A stretch of DNA of 64,000 nucleotides, taken from the NCBI GenBank assembly GCA_030390025.1, contig CM059446.1, positions 54,560,001 to 54,624,000 of the forward strand. Reading direction: 5' to 3'. The stretch is from Squalus acanthias (taxonomy: Eukaryota). Below the pieces are notes generated by a model, which ran no database searches, was not told the DNA's origin, and saw only the letters and a program-made list of their open reading frames with translations. Both the position numbers and the translations under genes were made by a program. Below, in pieces: positions 25,331-36,975 of this stretch (position 1 is the first letter of the stretch; each line of letters opens with the position of its first letter).

Positions 25331-25847
25331 GTTCACCTGCCAACTCTAGTTTTGCTGAGAACGGCTGCATTCCTGATCCTTAACATCTTGATTATTACTT
25401 CTGCTGAAACAGTCACTCAGAGCATGATTCAGTCAAACAAATCAGCACACGACCTGTAAGTGATCAGTCCAGAGTGGTGAGCTATAAAGCACATGGAACT
25501 CCAGGTTTTCTGGTTTTAAATATATTCCTTTTTCCCCCCCTCTTTCTGTATCGCCTTTTAGAACGTTCTGATAGAAGTGGAAGTAGTTTGTTGAATCTGA
25601 CGCAACGTAGTATTTGTTATTAACGTCAGCCGATAACAAATGAGAAAAAACTTTATAACCTAAAAATGTGCTGTTTGGTGATCGGCCATTTTCAGCTAAC
25701 TGCATGCAGCTGTTACTCATGCTTCCGCAGCGCAGGGAACAGTGAGGGAACTTTTTATGCTTGACTGGATACAAGGCTACACCAAATACTGATCCAGCCT
25801 TCGAACCATTCACCCTTCTGAAGCAGTTAATCGACTTAATACTCACT

Positions 25848-26095
25848 TACCAACTCAGAGGGTTATGAATCTTTGGAGCTCTCTACCCCAGAGGGCTGTG
25901 GAGGCTCAGTCATTGAGTATATTCAAGACAGAGATTGATTGATTTTTGAATATTAAGGGAATGAAGGGATATGGGGATAGTGCAGGAAAGTGGAGTTGAG
26001 GTAGAAAATCAGCCATGATCTTATTGAATGGCGGAGCAGGCTCGAAGGGCCAAATGGCCGACTCCTGCTCCTATTTTTTATGTTCTTATGTTATG
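25848..26095 (+). mobile_element. CR1 3' end (similar short ends at 280-391, 11430-11505, 13590-13810, 33230-33505)
   Basis: gatcagccatgatcttattgaatggcggagcaggctcga tail motif. Confidence 0.85.
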
Positions 26096-26498
26096 TTAAC
26101 TAACTTGGTTTGTGATTGGTATACATAGTTATTTTGATGGATGAAGGTGAAAAACACCGTAATGTTCAGGACACTTTGTAACAGTCAGCAAGTTCTGCAC
26201 AACTACAGAAATTCAAATTTAATTTTCTTTATTTCCAATAAACAAATAGATGTTTTGGTTTTCTAAGTGGACTGATCTGTCGCTGACCTCCGTTACTTTA
26301 GGGAAGGGGGCATTGAGGCAAAAATGTCAGCCCAAGCCAGTGCCTCCCTCCTGCCCTACAACTGAAGCTGTTGTACATTGCAACCAGGAGAGTGTCACAG
26401 ACTTAAAAACAGCATCAATTGAAATCCATTTTGGGGTGTAATTATTTTTTTGGGAATGTCCAAGATGAGGGTTCCATCTGCAGTGCTTAATTTTAAAT

Positions 26499-27345
26499 GT
26501 GAGAAGTCGCACAACACCAGGTTATAGTCCAACAGTTTTATTTGAAATCACAAGCTTTCGGAGCGCTGCTCTTCGTCAGGTGAAGTGAAGAAATACAAAT
26601 CGACAAAGCATATATAGACAGAGAACAATGCCTGTGCAGCGTACAATGTCAGACGACTACAGTTAATCTTTCTGACTGCCTTTTATCACACCTCGGTAGA
26701 GAGACAATCAGGTCAGTCAGGAAGACATTATATCAAAGACATAGCAAATACAACTAAGCCAATGAGGTGGGGTCACAGGGGGTCTAATGTGTCAGATGCT
26801 GCAGTCTGTATGGAGAACCATAAACTTTAAACTTTTTACTTTTTTTTTACTGGAAATCACATCTGTGAACAAGCCAACGACGACTCGAGTCTGGATGACT
26901 CTACGTCATCCAGACTCGAGTCGTCGTTGGCTTGTTCACAGATGTGATTTCCAGTAAAAAAAATAAAAAGTTTAAAGTTTATGGTTTTCCATACAGACTG
27001 CAGCATCTGACACATTAGACCCCCTGTGACCCCACCTCATTGGCTTAGTTGTATTTTGCTATGTCTTTGATATAATGTCTTCCTGACTGACCTGATTGTC
27101 TCTCTGCCGAGGTGTGATAAAAGGCAGTCAGAAAGATTAACTGTAGTCGTCTGACATTGTACTCTGCACAGGCATTGTTCTCTGTCTATATATGCTTTGT
27201 CGATTTGTATCTCTTCACTTCACCTGACGAAGGAGCAGCAGCCCCGAAAGCTTGTAATTTCAAATAAAACTGTTGGACTATAACCTGGTGTTGTGCGACT
27301 TCTCACTTTTGTCTACCCCAGTCCAACACTGGCATCTCCGCATCA
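26499..27345. mobile_element. Fold-back (palindromic) non-autonomous Penelope-like element, family A copy 2
   Basis: Arms 26499-26899 and 26905-27306 with 5-nt loop tctac. Tail 27307-27345. TSD taattttaaatg at 26488-26499 and 27346-27357. Same termini as copy 1. Confidence 0.85.
27220..27256 (+). ncRNA. Minimal hammerhead ribozyme motif (mirror copy on - strand at about 26548-26583)
   Basis: cac-CTGACGA-aggagcagcagcccc-GAAA-GCTT-gta; stem II carries a mismatch in this arm. Confidence 0.6.
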
Positions 27346-27355
27346 TAATTTTAAA

Positions 27356-27786
27356 TGAGTCAGAAGGTTGTGGGTTCAAGTCCCACTCCAGGGACTTGAG
27401 CACATAAATCTAGGCTGACACTCCAGTGCAGTGCTGAGGGAGTGCTGCACTGTTGGAGGTGCCGTCTTTCGGATAAGACATTAAACCGAGGCCCCGTCTG
27501 CTCTCTCAGGTGGCCGTAAAAGATCCCGCGGCACTATTTCGAAGAAGAGCAGGGGAGTTATCCCCGGTGTCCTGGCCAATATTTGTCCCTCAATCAACAT
27601 AACAAAAACAGATTAACTGCTCATTATCACATTGCTGTTTGTGGGAGCTTGCTGTGCGCAAATTGGCTGCCGCATTGCCTACATTACAACAGTGACTACA
27701 CTTCAAAAGTACTTAATAGGCTGTAAAGCGCTTTGAGATGTCCGGTGGACGTGAAAGACGCTGTAGAAATGCAAGTCTTTTCTTTC
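27356..27786 (+). mobile_element. SacSINE1-like SINE, 5' truncated
   Basis: Starts tgagtcagaagg at the right TSD of palindrome 2. Confidence 0.88.
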
Positions 27787-29326
27787 TAAAATTTGTCTTC
27801 TGTGTTTTGATTTTAAAAAAACTATCTTTGGAGGAGTTGGATACATCCTGATCAAGATGCTGAGCAGTGGGAGGAGATACATCAATGCTTGAATTGATCG
27901 ATTCTAGATGAACCTAAAAACTCTTCTGAAAGTGAACGAGTCCCTGATGGCTCAATGAGTGAATGCTTGAGATAGTTTCATGTCCCTACTGATGTTCTGG
28001 CTGAGATCTGCAGACCACTGCTGGATCCTGGGACCTTCCTGGTCTGTGTGTGGCTCAGTCGCACCCTGGGCAATGCGTTCACCTATCGACCGGTATATTA
28101 ACAGTAGAAACTACAATTGTGATTGGCTCTTTGGGTAGTTGTTTTGTGATCCTGAATAGGTCACTTTCACCCTGCCTCTTCCCTGCACCCCCCATCCTGT
28201 TCCTCTTTTCCTCTAGTTCGGATGACCATTTTTGTCCTCTGACCAGAAAAACAGTCCAAGATGTCTTTCCATACAGGGTAGGTACAGCAGAGATGTAGGT
28301 TGTGGAAGTTATGAATGCAACTGAACCTGATGTTTGAGTTCCTCTTCCACCTTGCTCATCATGCCCCCCTCCCCAGCCAAAGCAATTCTCTTTTCAAGCC
28401 ATTCTCCACAAAACTTGATATCTTTAAGTTTCATTTTGGTTTGAAAAAAGTCTACTTTATGTTTTATCAAATTTGAAACGTCCTCGGCTTCACTGACTGT
28501 CGGTGCCACTTTCCCCGCTTCAGCACTCCCTACATCCGCGTGTCGAGCTACAGGTTTTGTGCGGAGTCCCCCCGAAAGCTGTGAGGAGTTGAGGAGGGGG
28601 TGGCGAGGGCGAGAGTTGTTGAGAGCGGACATGCATATCGCACTCCTGTGAGATGCTCTCTGAAATTTACAGTGTTTGAAAAGGCCCCATCTTCCACACA
28701 AACGTTCAGGCACCTAAAACGTTAAACAGTTATTGTATTTGGAAACAGCATTAAATAGAAGAAAGGACAGCGCTTGCATTTTTTTTGGCTAGAATTAGAA
28801 TTTTTTTGTGTCCTTGGGGGGTAGTATTTTGTACGGTTGGGAGGCGAGGGAGGTGGGGTGGCGGGGGGGTGTTGGAGCATTTTGCTAAGAAGACAAATTT
28901 TTCCATGTTTAAGGCTGGGCAGTTTATACGTAAATAGTGTTTAATACTCTCAAAGTATCATATTTCGGTCTTTCTGAATTGAATCATTGTTGAGTCTATA
29001 GTGTTACGGTTACCTCCCAAACTCGGTGCTCTTGCCAAGCAGCAGGACGTTGTTTGAGCAGCAGCGGTGTTATTAAGCCAGTAACTGAGGCACGTTGGCA
29101 GCCTGTAAACTAGTCACAAGCTGCCACGTAAACTCCTTCCCTCACTCATGGCGCGTTTTCTTTTCTGATAATTAAAATGTTGGAGTTCGTTCAGTAGCTG
29201 CGATTAAAAGCGATCCATTCTCTCCATAAATTTTCAAACGGCTTGTGTAAAAGGTGCGTTTTGCCATTTGTAATCTTTATCCACTGTATATTGTATCTCC
29301 GTGGTTCTCAACGTGTTGGTCAGAAC

Positions 29327-29777
29327 CCCTAGAGGAGGGGAGGGAGGATGCCCATTAGAGGAGGGGAGGGGGGATGCCCATTAGGGGAGGGGGGATGCCC
29401 ATTAGAGGAGGGGAGGGGGGATGCCCAGTAGAGGAGGGGAGGGGGGATGCCCATTAGAGGAGGGGAGGGGGGATGCCCAGTAGAGGAGGGGAGGGGATGC
29501 CCATTAGAGGAGGGGAGGGGGGATGCCCATTGAGGAGGGAGGGAGGATGCCCATTAGAGGAGGGAGGGGGATGCCCATTAGAGGAGGGGAGGGGGATGCC
29601 CATTGGAGGAGGGGAGGGGGGATGCCCATTGGAGGAGGGGAGGGGGGATGCCCATTGGAGGAGGGGAGGGGGATGCCCATTGGAGGAGGGGAGGGGATGC
29701 CCATTGGAGGAGGGGAGGGGATGCCCATTGGAGGAGGGGAGGGGGATGCCCATTGGAGGAGGGGAGGGGATGCCCAT
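29327..29777. repeat. G-rich minisatellite, about 22-24 bp unit ccatt(a/g)gaggaggggagggggatgc
   Basis: About 19 directly visible tandem copies. Confidence 0.95.
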
Positions 29778-30619
29778 TCTAGCTCCTTGCTGCACCTCTC
29801 GTTGTCAGTTCATAGCATCTTACAGCACAGAAGGAGGCCATTTGGCCCATCGTGCCTGTGCTGGCTCCAATTAGTCCCACTCCCCTGTTCTTTCCCCATA
29901 GACCTACAATTTTTCCCTCTTCAATTATTTATCAGTTCTGGCTCCCAGCATAAAAATTGGAGAGTCACTGCCCTATCTGACGAGAAGCAATTCTTTCTAC
30001 AGAAGATCTTTCAAGAAAAAGTGAAATCACGAACATTGGAAAAGATAAACCCTTCAGTTGGGAAGTGAAGACTCTAGTTGTTCTTTCGGATGCTGACTGA
30101 CCCATTGTGTGTTGCCAGCATTTTATGTTCTTCTTCATAATTCATTCATTCTGGTTTTTGTAGTAACTCTCTGGTTTTTATATAAGAATGACAACTCGCA
30201 TTCGAATCCAGCCGGGGGTTGCCTCCTTTTTATTACAGCTTTAAAAATTACAAACAAGTATCGGTGGCCTCAGCCCAATTTAATCCGCAGTCCACAGTGG
30301 GATAAACCACCTCCGATTGGGACAAGCGGCATCATTTTAGTGGCGGATAATGCCATTTGCCAGTGTACTTCCACAAACCAAACTTGTTCGCATGTAGTAA
30401 TTCTGGTTGATGTACAAAAGGACATAATTGGCAAGCCTAACCAATGACTAAAGGGTGTTATTAAAAAGCTTCGTACTACAAAGTTCAGAAATGGCAGTGC
30501 AAAAAAGCCATAGCCAATTAGGCCGGGTTAAGAGGACTTGTGGTAGAATTGTAAGCGCCATAGTTGAGTACCCCAATTGTATTGAATGTGTGCTCCATCA
30601 CTAACTGGCTAATGATAAC

Positions 30620-31340
30620 TTAAGGTTTATATAGCGTTCCTTGTGTAATGGAGGGGTTTCCGAGCACTTTATAATGAGGAGAAAAGGGATAGAGTGGGCG
30701 CTGAGCCTGGGGAAAGAAGGACGGAGGTGGAGAGGCTGAGATGGGAAAACACGCCACAATCAAAGAGGAGGGTTTTGGGAGTAGGGAGGGGAAGCGGCTT
30801 GGTGATGGAAACTGAGCAGAATTCTAGACGTCAGGAGTGGAGTGGCTGAACAAGTGTTTGAGCAGTGGCAAGTGCATCCAGGACTATAAGGCAGGGGTTT
30901 AGGGAGGGAATTCCAGAGCATGGGGCCTAGATGGCTGAAAGCACAGCTGCCAATGGTGGGCGAGGGGACGGGGCACTGCACAAAAGGTCAGAGTCAGTGA
31001 AATAGAGTTTGGGGGTATTGTAGGGCTGGAGGAGGTTACGGAGATAAACAAATTTAAACACGAGGGGAATTTTAAATTGGAGGTGTTGGGGTGGACCTGG
31101 TGCAATGTAGGTCTGCAAAGACAGGGGTGATGGCCGAGAGGGAACTGGTGCAGGAAAGGATATGGACAGCAGAGTTTTGAACGAGTGGAACTGAATGGGG
31201 CGGTGGTGGGTGCGGGAGGCCAGCCAGGAGAGCAATGGAATAGTCCTGTCTGGAGGTGGCAAAGGCATGGAGGAGGGCTTCAGTGGCAGATGGGCTGCAG
31301 GCAAGGGCTGATGTGGGTGATGTTGTGGAGGTGGAAGTAA
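30620..31340 (-). mobile_element. Degenerate L2 fragments
   Basis: PTIGS.AFS.LGP.LWNSLP motif. Confidence 0.7.
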
Positions 31341-31377
31341 ACCATGGGATCTCAGTTTAATATCTCATCTGAGGATC

Positions 31378-33210
31378 GAACATAAGAAATAGAAGCTGGA
31401 GTAGGCCATTTGACCCTTTGAGCCTGCTCCACCATTCAACAAGATCATGACTGATCTTTGACCTCAAATCCACCTTCCCGCACTATCCCCATATCCCTTA
31501 ATTCCCTTAGTTCCCAAAATTTTATTGACCTCTGTCTTGAATATACTCAACGACTGAGCAGCCACAGCTTTCTGGGGTAGAGAATTCCAAAGATTCACAA
31601 CCCTTTGAGTGAAGAAATTTCTCCTCATCTCAGTCCTAAATGGCTGATCCCTTATTCTGAGACTGTGACCCCGTGTTCTAGATTCCCCAGGCAGGGGAAA
31701 CATTTTCTCAACCTTAACCCTGTCAAGCCCCTTAAGAATTTTATGTGTTTCAATTAGATCACCTCTCATTCTTCTAAACTCTAGGGAATATAGGCCTAGT
31801 CTACTCAATCTCTCCTCATAGGGCAATTACCTCATCCCAGGAACCAGTCTAGTGAATCTTCGCTGCACTCCCTCTAAGGCAAGTTTGTCTTTCCTTAGGT
31901 AAGGAGACCAGAACTGTACACAGTTCTCCAAGTGTGGCCTCACCAATGCCCTGTATAATTGTAGTAAGACTTCTTTACTCTTATATTCTAATTCCTTTGT
32001 AAAAAAAAAAGCTAACATACCATTTGCTTTCCTAATTGCTTGCTGTACCTGCATGTTAACTTTCTGTGATTCATGTACAAGGACACCCAGGTCCCTCTGA
32101 ATGCAAACATTTCCCAGTCTCTCTACATTCAAAAAATATTCTGCTTTTTTGTTTTTCCTACCAAAGTGGATAACTTCACACTTCCCCACATTGTATTACA
32201 TTTGCCATGTTCTTGCCCACTCAGTCAACCTGTCTATATCTCTCTGCAGCCTCTTTGCGTCCTTCTCACAGCTTACTTTCCCACCTAACTTTGTATCATC
32301 GGCAAACTTGGATATGTTACACTCAGTCCCTTCATCTAAGTCATTAATATAGATTGTAACTAGCTGAGGCCCAAGCACTGATCCTTGCGGTACCCCGCTA
32401 GTTAGAGCCTGCCAACCCAAAAAAGTCCCATTTATTCCTCCTCTGTTTTCTGTCCATTAACCAATCCTCAATCCATGCTTATATATATTACCCCCAATCC
32501 CATGAGTCCTAATTTTGTGTAATAACCTCTTGTGTGGCACTTTATCGAATGCTTTTTGAAAATCCAAATACATTACATCCACTGGTTCCCCCTTATCCAT
32601 CCTACTAGTTACATCTTCAAAAAACTCCATAACAGATTTGTCAAACACGATTTCCCTTTCATAAAACCATGTTGACTCTGTCTAATCATATTATGATTTT
32701 CTAAGTGTCCTGTTACCACGTCCCTAATAATAGATTCTAGCATTTTGCCTACTACTGATGTCAGGCTACCTGGCCTATAGTTCCCCGTTTTTTTCCTCTT
32801 ACTCCTTTCTTAAATAGCGGCATTATGTTTGCTACCTTCCAATCCTTGGGCACTGTTCTAGAATCTAAGGAACTCTGGAAGATTAATACCAGTGCATTCA
32901 CTATCTCTGCAGCTACCTCTTTTAAAAACCTAGGATTTAGGTAGTCAGGTCCAGGGGATTTGTCGCCACTTAGTACCATTAATTTCTCCAGTACTATGTC
33001 TTTACTTATACTGATTTCTTTAAGTTCCTCATTCTCTCTAGACCCTTGGTTCTCCATTATTTCCGGAATATTTTTTTGTGTCTTCTACCGTGACATTTGT
33101 TTAATGTCTCTGCCATTTCCTTATTGCCCATTATAATTTCTCCTGTCTCTGCCTCTAATGGGCCCACGTTTACTTTCACTAATCTTTTTCTATTTACATA
33201 CCTATAGATC
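31378..33210 (-). mobile_element. CR1 LINE 3' portion, same subfamily as 1558-4853
   Basis: ORF track 31464-33057 gives CR1 RT motifs almost identical to the 1558-4853 copy. Confidence 0.95.
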
Positions 33211-34194
33211 TTCTGACAATGCAGCACTGCCACAGTAGATGGGGAAAAACTGTTTCCACTGGCAGGAGGGTCGATAACCAGAGGAGACAGATTTAAGATA
33301 ATTGGCAAAAGAACCAGGGGGGAGATGTGGAAAAATTATGCAGTGAGGAGTTGTTATCTGGAATGATTGGGAAAGGAAAAACAATGCAGGGCTATGGGGA
33401 AAGAGCAGGGGAGTGGGACTAATTGGATAGCTCTTTCAGAGAGCCAGCATAGGCATGATGGGTCAAATGGCCTCCTTCTGTGCTGTAAAATTTTATGATT
33501 CTACTTTAACAAGGTATTAGCCCAGGATTATGTACCAAAGTCCTGGAGTCTGGCTCGACAACTGAGCCGCACGGACACCAGTAACTAATAGCAAGAGGAC
33601 CATGTATTCACCTTGGCTGCCAAGTTGTAATGTAAAAGTGTCTTTTCTTTACAGAATTGGTTCAAGTAGAAGGGGTTCTAGATTACCCCTTAGAGGGATA
33701 GTCTCACAGAACTTGAAATACGGATACTAAACTGTGCCAAAGCCATTTTATGCATTTGCAGCTGTTTAAATATTATAGTTCGAGACTTCAATTCTGGCTG
33801 CCAGACTTTCTCCAAAGGTTGGCTATCAGAATCTATCATTGGCCACAACAGACATGGTGAGCGCTAAGGCCTGCCGGAGACCTCTGCCTCCATCATTTAC
33901 CTTCTAGTGCTGTAAATGGCATTATTGCTTTCTGGACACTGCACTTGTGACAGAGCCTCCCAGATCAATCCTGTAGATTTCTTCCTGGACTGTCGAAGAC
34001 ACCAGCTGCAGTGAAAGCACTTGCGAGGTCCCACTGCACAGATTTACATCCCTTGCACTCTGGAAGCCAACTGTGACCTGGATTGAACAAATGGAAAAAC
34101 ATCTCCTGCTGTTGAACAGTTCTTAACTTGACAGTAAATTAAACAATTCAAGGCTGCAGTTTATACAAGCTTTATTTTTAAAAAAAACAAGCCT

Positions 34195-34492
34195 TGCTGT
34201 TTTGGAGTGTCGCAATGTACTACGGTCATTATGGTGTTCCTGGATCTTCTGAACTGGTTTCAATCGCCTGAGCGCGTTGGAGAGGAAGTTTCCTGGGTGG
34301 TTTTTTTTTCTCCCCTTATTGGCCCTGGGTGTGTTTTCTCTCTTCTTTGCCTCTCCCAGGAGATTACGTATCTGCGGTGGGGGGAAGGAGGGATGAAGTG
34401 TTTGGTCGCGATACCCGGCCGTCATGGTGTGTGGGGCAGGCTTGATGGACCAGCTGGTCTCTTCCTGCCCGCCTATTTTGTACATTCCCGTA
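34195..34492 (+). mobile_element. 3' UTR of an old CR1-like element
   Basis: Ends ggcaggcttgatggaccagctggtctcttcctgcc, the CR1-type terminal stem-loop pattern. Confidence 0.45.
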
Positions 34493-35149
34493 ACAATTGC
34501 ATGTCACCGCCTTCGCCCTTGGGAGTGGCCTCAGTGACTTCACGGATTGTGAGAGGGCCGTGCATTCTGAGAGCTGCCACGCGAACCAACCTGCGATTGT
34601 GTTTACTCCTAACTCACCAATTGATTTGGGAGGAAGGGGAGGGAGCGGGAAATGTCTGTAAAGGCTGAGTGACCAGGGATGCGTTTCAAACCTTACTGAC
34701 CTGCTCGTGTGTCAACCAAACCGGTCGCTTTGCTCCGTGTATCTTTGTCACCAGTTTCACTTGGAGTAGCTCCAAAGTTTTTTGATGCCTTTTGGCTGTT
34801 TAGTTGTTGTTACTAAAAAAAAAAGGCTTGTCCTCCAGCTGTTGGAGTGGAACCAGCTGCAAAAAACAATATTAAAGATATAAAATGCTTCTTAGTAACT
34901 GTAGCATTATGATTGCATTTTATTTTTTTTGCATTGCAGGAGCTTGTGCGTCTGCCTGGTAAATCCGCGCTAGATTTTTTACCACTTTTTGCCCATCGCA
35001 AACTCCCACCAAGTGAGGTGGGACTGTGGCTTGGTTTCTGAGATTTGATTTTACAAAGATAAAATCATCAGAAAGCTTAAGCAGTGTCTGTACATCATGA
35101 GAAATAGAAGGTTTTTTGTTAGAGTTTTTTTTTAAAAAGACATTTTAGT

Positions 35150-35388
35150 AAAGAAAGAGCAAATGCTGAAAATACTCAGCAGGTCAGGCAGCATCTGTGG
35201 AGAGAGAAACAGAGTTAACGTTTCGGGTCCATGACCTTTTGTCAGAAGGGTTCTGGCGATAGGTCATCGACCTGGAACGTTGACTCTGTTTCTCTCTCCA
35301 CAGATGCTGCCTGACCTGCTGAGTATCTCCAGCATTTTCTGGTTTTATTTCAGATTTCCAGCATCCGCATTATTTTGCTTTTGTGTAT
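35150..35388 (+). mobile_element. Short fold-back Penelope-like element, family B
   Basis: About 95-bp inverted arms around a short loop, mutated hammerhead cores, same tail as 6518-6735, TSD agac(a/g)ttttagt at 35138-35149 and 35389-35400. Confidence 0.78.
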
Positions 35389-36504
35389 AGACGTTTTAGT
35401 GTTTGCTTTCCATCCTTAAAATTTCTCGAACTCCCACTCGAAATCTGGACGGGTTGAGCCCCTAGTCTTTAATGGGTCCACCTCAGTGCATTTGGAGAAG
35501 GACTAATCCTTAGATTTGTAGTAAACCCACCCAGGTGATATTTTCCTTTGGTTAGCTCTCTGTCTTTTGGGGGTGGTGGGGTCCCCGGGAGTGTGGATAT
35601 TTGCACAAGGCCTCCCCGCCTCAAACCAAAAGCTTGAAACGACTGCAGTAAGTCCTCCATCTGTCCTAAGGAAAGCTGTTTGCCCCACGAACTTGTTCAA
35701 AGTTGCCTACAGTTTAGGGTGAGCCTTGTAATGTGTTGCAAATCAATGAAGCACAAGCTTCACTCGGAAGAAAAAAGAAAGAGCTTACATTTCTACAGCA
35801 CCTTTCATGACCTCAGGATGTCCCAAAGCGCTTTCCAGCCAATGAAGTATTTTTTGAAGTGTGGTCACTGTTGTAATGTAGGAAACACGGCAGCCAATTT
35901 GCGCACAGCAAGGTCCCACACACAGCAATGTGATAATGACCAGATAATCTGTCGTGAGGTGTTGGTTGAGGGATAAGTATTGTCCAGGACAATTCAATAG
36001 TATAATTAAAAAGGAACAAGGTTGTTGCACAAACTCTTAAAGGTGTTGTTTGAGAATACTTGGGAGGCAAGTTAGTTGACTTGAAATGCAATGTTGTATT
36101 GCAAGGTTGCTGGAACTGGGACTTGTTGATTGTATCATTGTAAACATTAGAAAATAATTGAGTTCATTATAAAATCTTGTTGAAAAAGAACCCTCGATTG
36201 TGCCACAGCAAGATACTGAGTCATACACTTGATGGCCTGGTGGCACTTCAGCAAAGAACATTTTCTGACGCTGCTCCAGGTATGGGTTGGTTACAGATGG
36301 ACTCTTGAACCCGCCTGTCATGAGTCTGGTTTGATCTATTTTGGGTCATTCTGCATAAAGATGGAAGGAAGCACTACTTTTTGTCTCGCGTTACCCAAAC
36401 CACAGAGATTTCCTTTTGTTGTGTAAACAAAAGCTGCTGCGCGACACCCAAGGCCCGTATTGGCGGAAGCCCACCAAGGTTGAAAAATCTTAAGGGAGAA
36501 GTTG

Positions 36505-36975
36505 AGAGAAAGAAAGACTTGCATTTATAACGCGCCTTTCACGACCACCGGACGTCTCAAAGCGCTTTACAGCCAATCAAGTACTTTTTGAAGTGGAGTC
36601 ACTGTTGTAATGTTGGAAACGCGGCAGCCAATTTGCGCACAGCAAGCTCCCACAAACAGCAGAGTGATAATGACCAGATAATCTGTTTTAGTTGTGTAGG
36701 TTGAGGGATAAATATTGGCCAGGACACCGGGGATAACTCCCCTACTCTTCTTCGAAATAGTGCCATGGGATCTTTTACGTCCACCTGAGAGAGCAGATGG
36801 GGCCTCGGTTTAACGTCTCATCCAAAAGACGGCACCTCCGACAGTGCAGCACTCCCTCAGTACTGCACTGGAGTGTCAGCCTAGAGTAATGTGCTCAAGT
36901 TCCTGGAGTGGGACTTGAACCCACAATCTTCTGACTCAGAGGTGAGGGTGCTACCCACTGAGCCACAGCAGGCAC
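36505..36975 (-). mobile_element. SacSINE1-like SINE, full length
   Basis: Reverse complement of the consensus seen at 10240. Confidence 0.88.

Noticed and set aside
23211-27345. The two palindromes as LTRs of the intervening Gypsy fragment, or as assembly chimeras
   Set aside because: Each has its own TSD and tail, and the interiors differ, so they are separate insertions. Arm mismatches and TSDs argue against fold-back read artefacts.
29327-29874. CRISPR-like array or repeat-protein ORFs
   Set aside because: Head-to-tail minisatellite without unique spacers, in eukaryotic DNA with no cas genes
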